Source: an uncultured Candidatus Binatia bacterium
GTDB taxonomy: Bacteria; Desulfobacterota; Binatia; DP-6
Length of the DNA: 64,000 nt
Direction: 5' to 3'
Assembly (NCBI GenBank): GCA_964404165.1
Contig: CAYOIZ010000032.1
Span: 5,573 to 69,572, forward strand
The notes below the pieces were generated by a model. It was not told where the DNA came from. It was given only the letters and a program-made list of their open reading frames with translations, and searched no databases. Position numbers and translations under genes: made by a program. This document shows, one piece after another, positions 50,645 through 62,740 of the stretch. Numbering within the stretch: position 1 is the first letter of the stretch; each line of letters opens with the position of its first letter.

Positions 50645-51142
50645 ATGCGACGAGGGATCGCCCTGCTCGGACTGCTGCTCGCGGCTGCCCCGGCGTTCGC
50701 CGGCTACGCGAGCGTCTACCTCGTGCCGGCACTGGTCGAGTGCCCGGGACCGGCGACGTGTCCGCGCGAGTACGAGTCGACCTACACCTTCGACGCGATC
50801 GTGCTCCGCACCTCGGCGTCGAAGTACATGCCGGTGAAGAAGCCGACCCTCCTCGTCGACCTCCGCGGCGTGCGCGACGCCTCGGGTGCGCTGGCCGACG
50901 GGGTGGTCAGCGTGAAGGTGCTGTCGGGCCGGGTCAGCATCCCGGGCTTCGGCACGCTGCCCGACGGCTCGCCGCTCGCCGAGCAGCCGCCGATCGCCGT
51001 CACCCTGACGAAGGGCAAGGGCAAGCTCGTCTACCGTGCGCCGGCCAGCCCGAACGGGCTGGTGACGAACGGTGGTGGTGTCGAGGTGCGCGACCCCGAG
51101 GGCAAGCTGCTCGCCGTGACCGGCTCGCAGAGCAAGCCCTGA
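50645..51142 (+). CDS. Secreted hypothetical protein
   Basis: SD GGAGG, signal peptide ending AFA, and a CPGPATC motif. Starts 25 nt after the previous gene. Confidence 0.75.
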   Translation: MRRGIALLGLLLAAAPAFAGYASVYLVPALVECPGPATCPREYESTYTFDAIVLRTSASKYMPVKKPTLLVDLRGVRDASGALADGVVSVKVLSGRVSIPGFGTLPDGSPLAEQPPIAVTLTKGKGKLVYRAPASPNGLVTNGGGVEVRDPEGKLLAVTGSQSKP

Positions 51143-51811
51143 CTACATGCTGAGCGGCTTCGCGAGCGCCTCCAGCACCTGCGCGTAGAGCCCGGTCTTC
51201 AGGGTTCGCATCACGGCGTCGGCCTTCGGGGCGCGCTCGCCGGCGATCGCCGTCGCACGGGCCAGGATCGCGTCCTCCGCCAGCGCCTCCTCGACGATGC
51301 CGAGGGCGCGTGCGTCCGCGCCGCCGAAGCGACGGCCCGTCGTCACCACCTCGTGCGCCGTCTGCCCGGGGAGGCGCGACTGCAGGATGGCGACCATGCC
51401 GGGGTGGAGCGGAATCTTCATGTCCACCTCTGGCATGCAGAAGAAGCCGCGGTCGCTGCGCATGAGGCGTACGTCGTGCACCAGGCCGAGGAGCGCGCCG
51501 GCGCCGAAGGCGTGGCCGTTCATGGCGGCGACGGTCGGTGCCGGGAAGGTGAGGACGCGACCGAGGATGCCGAGCACGCGTGCCAGGTAGGCGCCCGCCG
51601 ATCCGGCGCCGCCGCGCATCATCTCCTCGAGGTCGAGCCCGTTCGAGTAGAACTTGCCGGTGCCGGTGGTGACGAGCGCCGCCGGCGCTCCGGCCCGCTC
51701 GACGGTATCGAGCGCCTCGTCCAGCGCATCCATCAGGCCGGGAGTGAACCGATTCTCCCCGGCGTCGAGCCGGAGGACGAAGACGTCGCCGTCACGAGAG
51801 CATTCCAGCAT
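51143..51811 (-). CDS. Enoyl-CoA hydratase/isomerase family protein
   Basis: ENRF, GKFYSNGLDL, AAMNGHAFGAG and FCMPE motifs. Confidence 0.92.
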   Translation of the reverse strand: MLECSRDGDVFVLRLDAGENRFTPGLMDALDEALDTVERAGAPAALVTTGTGKFYSNGLDLEEMMRGGAGSAGAYLARVLGILGRVLTFPAPTVAAMNGHAFGAGALLGLVHDVRLMRSDRGFFCMPEVDMKIPLHPGMVAILQSRLPGQTAHEVVTTGRRFGGADARALGIVEEALAEDAILARATAIAGERAPKADAVMRTLKTGLYAQVLEALAKPLSM

Positions 51812-51887
51812 GGGGGCTCGCTATACGCGCGCGCCGGCTGACGCCAGCCGGGTTGTGCCCGGGCCCCCGAGTCGCGAGAAGGGGCCC

Positions 51888-52649
51888 ATGACGGAATGGC
51901 AGGGTGCCGAGTACCGCGACGTCTCGCAGCTCCAGCAGTGGCTCGCCGACGAGAGCCTCGCGGCGCTCACCGTCGACGGTTCGGAGCACGTCCTCGACGT
52001 GGGCTGTGGTGACGGCCGGATCACCGCGGAGATCGCGGCGCGGGTCTCCGGGGGCACGGTGCTCGGCGTCGATCCGTCGCACGACATGATCGACTTCGCC
52101 CGTCGCACGCACGCGGCCGGGAACCTCACCTTCGCGGTCGGCGACGCGCGGACGCTGGCGTACCGCGCCACCTTCGATCTCGTCGTCTCGTTCAACGCGC
52201 TCCATTGGGTGCACGAGCAGGCTGCAGCGTTACGGTCCATCCACACGGCGCTGCGCCCGAAAGGACGGGCGTTGCTGCAAATGGTGTCGCGGGGGGAGCG
52301 GACACCGCTCGAGGACGTGGTCGAGGAGGTCTGTGCACAGCCGCGATGGGCGTCCTTCTTCGTCGGGCACCGTCCGCCGCACGTCCACTTCCGGCCCGAG
52401 GCGTATCGCGCGCTGGCGGAGCAGGCAGGGTTCCGCGTGGCGCAGCTCGACGTCGTGCAGCGCGCCTGGGACTTCGGCAGCCGCGACGCCTTCGCGCGCT
52501 GGGCCCACGCCACGTTCGTCGCGTGGACGAGCGCCGTACCGGAGGAGGATCGCGACGACTTCATCGCCGACGTCCTCGATCGCTACGGGGCCGACGTCTT
52601 CACGTTCTACCAGATGAAGGCGTTGCTCCGACGCGACGACCTGGGCTAA
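51888..52649 (+). CDS. Class I SAM-dependent methyltransferase (trans-aconitate MT-like)
   Basis: VLDVGCGDG, GVDPS..MI and FDLVVSFNALHWV motifs. Confidence 0.9.
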   Translation: MTEWQGAEYRDVSQLQQWLADESLAALTVDGSEHVLDVGCGDGRITAEIAARVSGGTVLGVDPSHDMIDFARRTHAAGNLTFAVGDARTLAYRATFDLVVSFNALHWVHEQAAALRSIHTALRPKGRALLQMVSRGERTPLEDVVEEVCAQPRWASFFVGHRPPHVHFRPEAYRALAEQAGFRVAQLDVVQRAWDFGSRDAFARWAHATFVAWTSAVPEEDRDDFIADVLDRYGADVFTFYQMKALLRRDDLG

Positions 52650-52669
52650 CGGACGGGTCGGCCTACATC

Positions 52670-52867
52670 GTGTCCAGCGTGAGCACGCTGGTCAGCGGGA
52701 CGAATCGCAAGCTCGGCGTCTCGAAGGTGACGCAGCTCCGCAAGCTCGACAAGCAGCTCGGATCGAAGCCGGCGGTGCGGGACATCGATCCCGCGACGCG
52801 CGCGGCATTGAGAGCGCAGCTCGCCGCGCTCCTGGACGAGATCGGCCTGCCCGTCGCCGCGGCGTAG
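52670..52867 (+). CDS. Small basic hypothetical protein
   Basis: Fills the gap between the methyltransferase and the glgX stop, with GC3-biased codons. No family recognised. Confidence 0.4.
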   Translation: MSSVSTLVSGTNRKLGVSKVTQLRKLDKQLGSKPAVRDIDPATRAALRAQLAALLDEIGLPVAAA

Positions 52868-52870
52868 CCG

Positions 52871-54991
<2,121 letters not shown>

Positions 54992-55322
54992 AGGGCGCCA
55001 TGTGTATCGGTGGGGCGGGGCGGCGCAATCCCTGTCGGGGTGGGGGCGTCTGTTCGGGGTGGGCTGCCGTCGCCAGCGCGACGATTCGTCCGTCGCCTCG
55101 CAAGACGCTCCGCCAAAATGTGGTCTGTTGGTTGGGTATGTTCCTGCAGAAGGCTTGACAGGTTCTGGCGCGACGCAAGCTCAGCGTTCGAGTCGCTGAC
55201 CAGACACCGCTTGCCGCGCTCGCAGAGCGTCACTGAGGCACGCAGATCGCCATGACGCCGCACGCGCTCGAGCTGCCGCACCATGCTCGTCCCGTGCGAC
55301 GCCGCGAGCCCGAAAACCGCGG

Positions 55323-55331
55323 TGGTACAAT
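55323..55331 (+). promoter_or_regulatory. Extended -10 promoter giving a leaderless DUF222-HNH mRNA
   Basis: TGgTACAAT followed by 6 nt and the ATG at 55338, with no SD. Confidence 0.55.
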
Positions 55332-55337
55332 GCCTTC

Positions 55338-56585
55338 ATGACCACCGCCGATCGCGAACGCCTCGCCGACGAGATCGCCGAGCTCGCCGCGCATCTCGAC
55401 GCCGCCACGCATCGCTTCCTCACCCTCATCGGCCACTTCGACGAATCCGATGGCTGGGGCGATCAGGGCGCGCTCAGCTGCGCGCACTGGCTCTCATGGC
55501 GCGTGGGCCTCGACCTCGGCGCGGCCCGGGAACACGTGCGCGTGGCACGAGCACTCCGTTCTCTCCCCCAGACCGACGAGGCACTGCGGCTCGGCCAGGT
55601 CAGCTACTCGAAGGTCCGCGCATTGACGCGGGTCGCGTCGGCCGAGAACGAGGGACAGCTGCTCGCTATGGCACGCTCGTCGACGGCGTCGCAGCTCGAG
55701 CGCATCTGTCGCGGCTACCGCTCGGCGCTGCGCGACGCGACGGGCGAGCATCCCGACGACGAGCTCGACGCACGGTGGGTGCGGGAGCGCGACACCGAGA
55801 CGGGGTTCGTGCGGTTCGACGTGCAGCTCCGTCCCGAGGAGGCAGCGGTCGTGCGCCGTGCGCTCGAGGTCGCGATGTCGCGGGCCTTCACGTCGGGGGA
55901 CGTTTCCGCGGGAACGCGGCCCGCGGGTCTGAAGCGGGCCGATGCGCTGGTGGCGATGGCGGAGTCGTTCCTCAGCGGTTCGACGGAGGCGGGACCGCCG
56001 GTCGAGGTGGTGGTGCACGTCGACGCCGGGGGGGACGCGGGTGGGACGTTGGACGACGGTACGGCGGTGTCACCGGCCACGACGGAGCGACTCGCATGCG
56101 ACGCCGCCGTGGTCGAGGTGGTCGAAGATTCCCGCGGAAACGTCCTCGACGTCGGCCGGCGCCGGCGCACGATCCCAACCCTGCTGCGGCGCGCGCTTCG
56201 TCTTCGCGATCGCGGCTGTCGCTTCCCAGGATGCACCAACCGTCTGGTCGACGGACACCACGTCGTCCCGTGGTCACGAGGCGGGACAACGGCGCTCGGC
56301 AACCTCTGCTCACTGTGCCGCCGCCACCACACCTACGTGCACGAGATGGGCGTGAGGATAGTGCCCGGGAACGATGGCACCTTCCGGTTCGTTCGCCGTG
56401 ACGGCAATGAGCTCTCGGTCCAGGGAGCTTCGCCATCTCTTGGCATCGACCCGGTCGGGACGTTGCGCGCGCGGCATCGCGCGGACGGGCTCACGATCGA
56501 CCCGACGACGAACTTCCCGGGCTGGGACGGGCGGCCGGTCGACTATGGCCTGGTGGTCTGGTCGATGATGCCGCCGGACGCCTGA
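55338..56585 (+). CDS. DUF222 + HNH endonuclease protein (REP13E12-like selfish element family)
   Basis: N-terminal I.ELAAHLDAA..R.L.LIG.FD...W...GA.SCAHWLSW, and C-terminal RDRGCRFPGC...GHHVVPWSRGG.T...NL..LCRRHH..VHE. Confidence 0.9.
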   Translation: MTTADRERLADEIAELAAHLDAATHRFLTLIGHFDESDGWGDQGALSCAHWLSWRVGLDLGAAREHVRVARALRSLPQTDEALRLGQVSYSKVRALTRVASAENEGQLLAMARSSTASQLERICRGYRSALRDATGEHPDDELDARWVRERDTETGFVRFDVQLRPEEAAVVRRALEVAMSRAFTSGDVSAGTRPAGLKRADALVAMAESFLSGSTEAGPPVEVVVHVDAGGDAGGTLDDGTAVSPATTERLACDAAVVEVVEDSRGNVLDVGRRRRTIPTLLRRALRLRDRGCRFPGCTNRLVDGHHVVPWSRGGTTALGNLCSLCRRHHTYVHEMGVRIVPGNDGTFRFVRRDGNELSVQGASPSLGIDPVGTLRARHRADGLTIDPTTNFPGWDGRPVDYGLVVWSMMPPDA

Positions 56586-56625
56586 TTCCGGTTTACTCGG
56601 CTCGTCGTCCACGCTACCGGACCTC

Positions 56626-57048
56626 ATGCCCTACGGTGTGCTCGTCGAACGGACCGTCCCGCTCTCCCGCGCCGAGTTCTTCGCCCGCCTCGCCGACTTC
56701 GGCGGCATCGGCAAGTTCATGGGTGACGACGTCGAGGGCGTGGAGATGCGCGGCGAGGGCATCGGCGCCGTCCGCTCCGTCCGTGTGAAGGGCGTGCCCG
56801 GCGCGCTCGAGGAGCGGCTCGAGGCGATGGTCGACGGCCGCCTGCTGTCGTACTCGATCGTCAACGAGACGCCGCTGCCGCTCGAGCACTACCACGCGGT
56901 GGTCGAGCTGGCAGACGCACCGGGCGGCGGGTGCGTCGTGCGATGGGGGAGCAATTTCGTTCCGAAGGGCGCGCCGCTGGATACGGTGCAGCGCATGCTG
57001 ACCGGGCTGTACGGGCGGCTGATCGAGGGGATCGTGCAGGGCGGGTGA
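56626..57048 (+). CDS. SRPBCC / polyketide cyclase family protein
   Basis: GEGIGAVR, ERLE, LSYSIV...LP..HY.A.V and helical C-terminus. Confidence 0.88.
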   Translation: MPYGVLVERTVPLSRAEFFARLADFGGIGKFMGDDVEGVEMRGEGIGAVRSVRVKGVPGALEERLEAMVDGRLLSYSIVNETPLPLEHYHAVVELADAPGGGCVVRWGSNFVPKGAPLDTVQRMLTGLYGRLIEGIVQGG

Positions 57049-57073
57049 CCCCTGCCGCACCGCACCATCCAGG

Positions 57074-57102
57074 TTGCTGCCCCAAACCAACCCCGATAAG
57101 TT
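57074..57102 (+). promoter_or_regulatory. Candidate sigma70 promoter, leaderless alaS
   Basis: TTGCTG-N17-TAAGTT, then 7 nt to the GTG at 57110. Confidence 0.5.
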
Positions 57103-57109
57103 CGGCCCC

Positions 57110-59757
57110 GTGACCGGGGACCAGATTCGCCAGACCTTTCTCGACTTCTTCCGGGAGCGCGGGCACACGATCCTGCCGTCCGCGCCCATCATTCCGGCCG
57201 GTGATCCGAGCCTGCTCTTCACCAACGCCGGGATGGTGCCCTTCAAGCAGGTGTTCCTCGGCAACGAGACCCGTCCCTACGTGCGGGCGGCCGACAGCCA
57301 GACGTGCCTCCGCATCAGTGGGAAGCACAACGATCTCGAGCAGGTGGGGCGCGACACCTACCACCACACGCTGTTCGAGATGCTCGGCAACTGGTCGTTT
57401 GGCGACTACTTCAAGCGCGAGGCCATCCAGTGGGCCTGGGAGCTCCTGACCGACGTCTGGAAGCTGCCCAAGGACAAGCTCTGGGCCACCGTCTACACCA
57501 CCGACGACGAGGCCGAGGCGCTCTGGAAGGAGCTCACCGACATCGGCCACGACCGGGTGCAACGCTTCGAGGACGAGAACTTCTGGGAGATGGGCGACAC
57601 CGGCCCCTGCGGCCCGTGCTCCGAGATCCACCTCGATCGCGGCCCCGACGCCTGCGACCACAAGGGCAAGCCGCACCGCTGCCAGGTGAACGGCGACTGC
57701 GCGCGCTACCTCGAGATCTGGAACCTGGTCTTCATCCAGAACAACCGCGAGGCCTCGGGCGAGCTGTCCGATCTGCCCGCGAAGCACGTCGACACCGGCA
57801 TGGGCTTCGAGCGCATCGCCGCCGTGCTCCAGGGCGTGCCCGGCAACTACGACATCGACATCTTCCGCTCCATCATCGCGTCGGCCGAGAAGCTCTCGGG
57901 CAAGCCCTACGCCGACAACGAGAAGGACGACGTCTCGCTGCGGGTCATCGCCGACCACTCGCGCGCGGTCACCTTCCTCGTCGCCGAGGGCGTGGTGCCG
58001 CAGAACGAGGGCCGCGGCTATGTGCTGCGCCGCCTGCTCCGTCGTGCCGCACGCCACGGCAAGCTCCTCGGCATGGACAGGCCGTTCCTGCACGAGGTCG
58101 TCGGCGCGGTCGTCAAGAGCATGGGCGGCGCGTACCCGCAGATCGTCGAGGCGCACGCACGCATCGTCGAGGTGGTGAAGCTCGAAGAGGAACGCTTCGC
58201 CGCCACGCTCGACCGCGGGCTGGCACTGCTCGCGAGCGAGGTCGAGACGGCGCGTGCCGAGCGCCGCACGGTGCTCGCCGGCGACGTCGCCTTCAAGCTG
58301 TCCGACACCTTCGGCTTCCCGCTCGACCTCACCGAGGACATCCTCGCGGGCGAGAGCATGACCGTCGATCACGCCGGCTACGACAAAGCCATGGAGGTGC
58401 AGCGTACGCGCGCCCGCGGCGCGCAGCGCTTCGCCGACGCCACCAGCACCGCCGAGCTGTCGTCGGGCACCATTGCCACGCGCTTCGTCGGCGACCGCAT
58501 CGGGACGTGGGAGTCGACGGTCCTGGCCCTCCTGGTCGACGGCAAGGAAACGCGCGGTCCCGTGCGCGAGGGCACCGCGGTCGACGTCGTCACCGCCGAG
58601 ACGCCCTTCTACGCCGAGTCGGGCGGGCAGGCGGGCGACCACGGCGTCATCGTCACCGACGCCGGCACCCGTATCGAGGTGCTCGACACGGTGAAGATCG
58701 CGCCCAATGTCGTTGGCCACCGCGGCATCGTGCGGCAGGGCGCCATCGCGGTGGACGACAGCGTCCGCCTCGAGATCGACGCCGCCCGCCGCGAGGCCGC
58801 ACGCCTGAACCACTCCGCCACGCACCTGATGCACGCGGCGCTGCGCCAGCGTCTCGGCGCGCACGTGAAGCAGGCCGGCTCGCTCGTCAGTGCCGAGCGC
58901 CTGCGCTTCGACTTCAACCACAACAAGCCGATGACGCCCGACGAGCTGCAGGCGGTCGAGGACGAGGTCAACGCCGAGGTCCGGGCGAACGCGCCCGTCA
59001 CCACCGAGGAGATGTCCTACGACGACGCCATCAAGGCGGGCGCGCTGGCGTTCTTCGGCGACAAGTACGGCGACCGCGTCCGCGTCGTGCGCATGGGCGA
59101 CTTCTCGGTCGAGCTGTGCGGCGGCACCCACGTCGAGCGTACCGGCGACATCGGCGTCTTCAAGGTGCGCGCCGAGGGCGGCGTGGCGTCGGGCGTGCGG
59201 CGACTCGAGGCGGCGACGGGCGAGGGCGCACTGAGCTTCATCCGCCAGCGTGAGGCGACGCTGCGCGAGATCAGCACGCTGCTGCGCGGACCGGAAGAGG
59301 AAGCGGCAGGCAAGCTCGAGAAGCTCCTCGCGCAGCAGCGCGAGCTCGAGAAGCGCATCACCGAGCTCCAGGGCAAGCTCGCCGGCGGCGCCTCGCGCGA
59401 CGTCATGGCCGACGCCCGCACCATCGACGGCGTCACGGTGCTCGCAACACGGGTCGAAGGGCTCGACGACAAAGGGCTGCGCGAAATGGCGGACAAGTTG
59501 CGCGATCGCATCAAGTCGGGGGTCGTCGTGCTGGGCGCGGCGCAGGGCGAACGCGCTCTGCTGCTGGCGGCCGTCACGAAGGACCTCACCGGCCGGTTCC
59601 ACGCCGGCAACATCATCAAGCACCTCGCCCCCATGGTGGGTGGCGGCGGCGGCGGACGACCCGATTTCGCGCAGGCCGGCGGTAAAGATCCCGGGCGCAT
59701 CGATGCCGCGCTCGCGGCGGCCTACGAGTTCCTCGGCGCGAGGAGCGCCACCTCCGC

Positions 59758-59761
<4 letters not shown>
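57110..59761 (+). CDS. alaS: Alanine--tRNA ligase
   Basis: LLFTNAGMVPFK, HHTLFEMLGNWSFGDYFK, DTGMGFERI, HSATH, ELCGGTHV and GGGGRPDFAQAGG motifs. Confidence 0.99.
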
Positions 59762-60716
<955 letters not shown>

Positions 60717-60717
<1 letters not shown>

Positions 60718-61151
60718 TGGACGTCGTCGTGTCCATGCGCGGCCGGCGCGTGCCCACCCTGGCGGTGCGACTGCGACGGAGCGCCCGTCGCGTGCTCGAG
60801 GCCCTGCGTCTGCCCGACGCCGAGCTGTCGCTGCTGCTCGTGTCCGATCCCGTCATGCGCACGCTGAACCGCGACTGGCGGGGTCGCGATCGCCCCACCG
60901 ACGTGCTGTCGTTCGCGCAGCGCGACGGCGAGGGCGGTGCGCCGGGCGATCTCCTCGGCGACGTCGTCATCTCGGTCGACACCGCGCGCCGGCAGGCCAG
61001 TGAGCGCGGCGAGACGCTCGCCCGCGAGAGCGAACGGCTGCTGATCCACGGCGTGCTGCATCTGCTCGGGTACGATCACGAGGTGTCGCCGCAGGAGGCG
61101 CGTCGCATGCAGCGTCGCGAGCAGGCCCTGGCGCGACGACTGCGGGAGTAG
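60717..61151 (+). CDS. ybeY: rRNA maturation endoribonuclease YbeY
   Basis: [23 protein letters not shown] and [11 protein letters not shown] motifs. Confidence 0.95.
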
Positions 61152-61156
61152 ACGAC

Positions 61157-62740
61157 ATGGGGCTGGCGGTGGGGGCGAACGGCGTGACCGCGGTGGCAGA
61201 GGTGGTGGAGCCGCCCCGCTGGTGGCGCGTGGTGCTGGCGCTCGTGAGCGGCCTCGCCCTGGCCGCCGCGTTCCCCACCGTCGATCTGACGCCGCTCGCG
61301 TGGGTCGGGCTGGTGCCGTTGCTGATGGCCATCCGCACGCGCGGACCGCGCGCGGCCTTCGGGCTCGGGTGGCTCACCGGCCTGACGTTCTGGCTCGCCA
61401 CCTGCTACTGGATCGTCGAGACCATCCGGCACTACACGGCCGTGCCGACGCCGATCGCGGTCGGCGTGCTGCTGCTGATGTGCAGCGCCCTCGCGTGCTA
61501 CCACGGCGCGTTCGCCGCCGGCATGCGGTGGATGGAGGACCGCGGCCTGCCCGTCGTGTGGCTGGCGCCGGCGTTGTGGGTGACGCTCGAGTGGCTGCGC
61601 GGCTGGTTCTTCATCGGCTTCCCGTGGGCGGCGCTCGGCTACTCGCAGTGGCGCTTCCACGACCTGGTGCAGATGGCGGAGCTCACCGGCGTCTACGGCG
61701 TGTCGGCGGCGCTCGTCTTCTTCAACGTCGTCGCCACCGGCGTGCTGCGCGAGCGCGGGCGCGGCGCGCGCCGCATGCTGCCGGCGCTGATCGTGGTGAC
61801 GATCGTCGTGGCGGGGCTGCCGCTGCTCGGCCGATGGCGTGCGCGCGACATCGCCACCCTGCCGGTGGTCGGAACCCTGCGCGTCGGCCTGACCCAGGGG
61901 AACATCGCGCAGGATCGGAAGTGGGACCCGTCGTTCCAGGGCGAAACCATGTCGCGCTACCGCGAGCTGACGCTCGAGGCGGCGCGCGCGGGGGCGCAGC
62001 TCGTGGCGTGGCCGGAGACGGCGGCGCCGTTCTTCTTCCAGCAGGCGGGTCCGCTGCGCGACGATATGCTCGACATCGCGCACGACGCGGGGGTCCCCAT
62101 CGTCTTCGGCAGCCCGGCGTACCGCCAGACCGCCGACGGGCGCATCGAGCAGCTGAACCGCGCCTACCTCCTCATGCCCGACGGGCGCGAGCGCGGTACG
62201 TACGACAAGATCGAGCTGGTGCCGTTCGGCGAGTACGTGCCGTTCGCGAAGGTGCTGTTCTTCGTTTCGCAGATGGTGACGACGGCGGTGGGGCAGATCG
62301 GCGCCGGGCTCTCGCACACCGTGTTCGACCTCACGCAGGGACGCTTCGGCGTCCTCGTCTGCTACGAGGGCATCTTCCCGGCGCTGACGCGCACGTTCAT
62401 CGCCGGCGGCGGCGACTTCCTCGTCAACATCACGAACGATGCCTGGTACGGCCAGACGTCGGCCCCCTACCAGCATCTGATCCAGGGCACCTTCCGCGCC
62501 ATCGAGAATCGCGTGCCGATGGTGCGTGCTGCCAACACCGGCATCAGCGCCATCATCGACGCCGACGGTCGCATCCGTTGGCAGGGCCCGCTCTTCGAGG
62601 AGCTCTGGCACGTCGACGACGTGTCGTGGACCGGCGTGCGGACGTTCTACACCCGGTTCGGCGACGTGTTCGTCTACGTGTGCGCCGCGGTGACGGTGGT
62701 GGCGATCGTCGCCGGGCTCGTGCGCCGGCCGCGCAGCTAG
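61157..62740 (+). CDS. lnt: Apolipoprotein N-acyltransferase
   Basis: GFPW..LGYSQ, QGNI.Q, WPE, K..LVPFGEYVP, CYE, TND.WYG and RAANTGIS motifs. Confidence 0.96.
   Translation: MGLAVGANGVTAVAEVVEPPRWWRVVLALVSGLALAAAFPTVDLTPLAWVGLVPLLMAIRTRGPRAAFGLGWLTGLTFWLATCYWIVETIRHYTAVPTPIAVGVLLLMCSALACYHGAFAAGMRWMEDRGLPVVWLAPALWVTLEWLRGWFFIGFPWAALGYSQWRFHDLVQMAELTGVYGVSAALVFFNVVATGVLRERGRGARRMLPALIVVTIVVAGLPLLGRWRARDIATLPVVGTLRVGLTQGNIAQDRKWDPSFQGETMSRYRELTLEAARAGAQLVAWPETAAPFFFQQAGPLRDDMLDIAHDAGVPIVFGSPAYRQTADGRIEQLNRAYLLMPDGRERGTYDKIELVPFGEYVPFAKVLFFVSQMVTTAVGQIGAGLSHTVFDLTQGRFGVLVCYEGIFPALTRTFIAGGGDFLVNITNDAWYGQTSAPYQHLIQGTFRAIENRVPMVRAANTGISAIIDADGRIRWQGPLFEELWHVDDVSWTGVRTFYTRFGDVFVYVCAAVTVVAIVAGLVRRPRS

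Noticed and set aside
55252-55341. 29-codon uORF ending in an ATGA overlap with the HNH gene
   Set aside because: It has no convincing SD, and the extended -10 immediately upstream of the HNH ATG explains expression more simply. It is probably chance.
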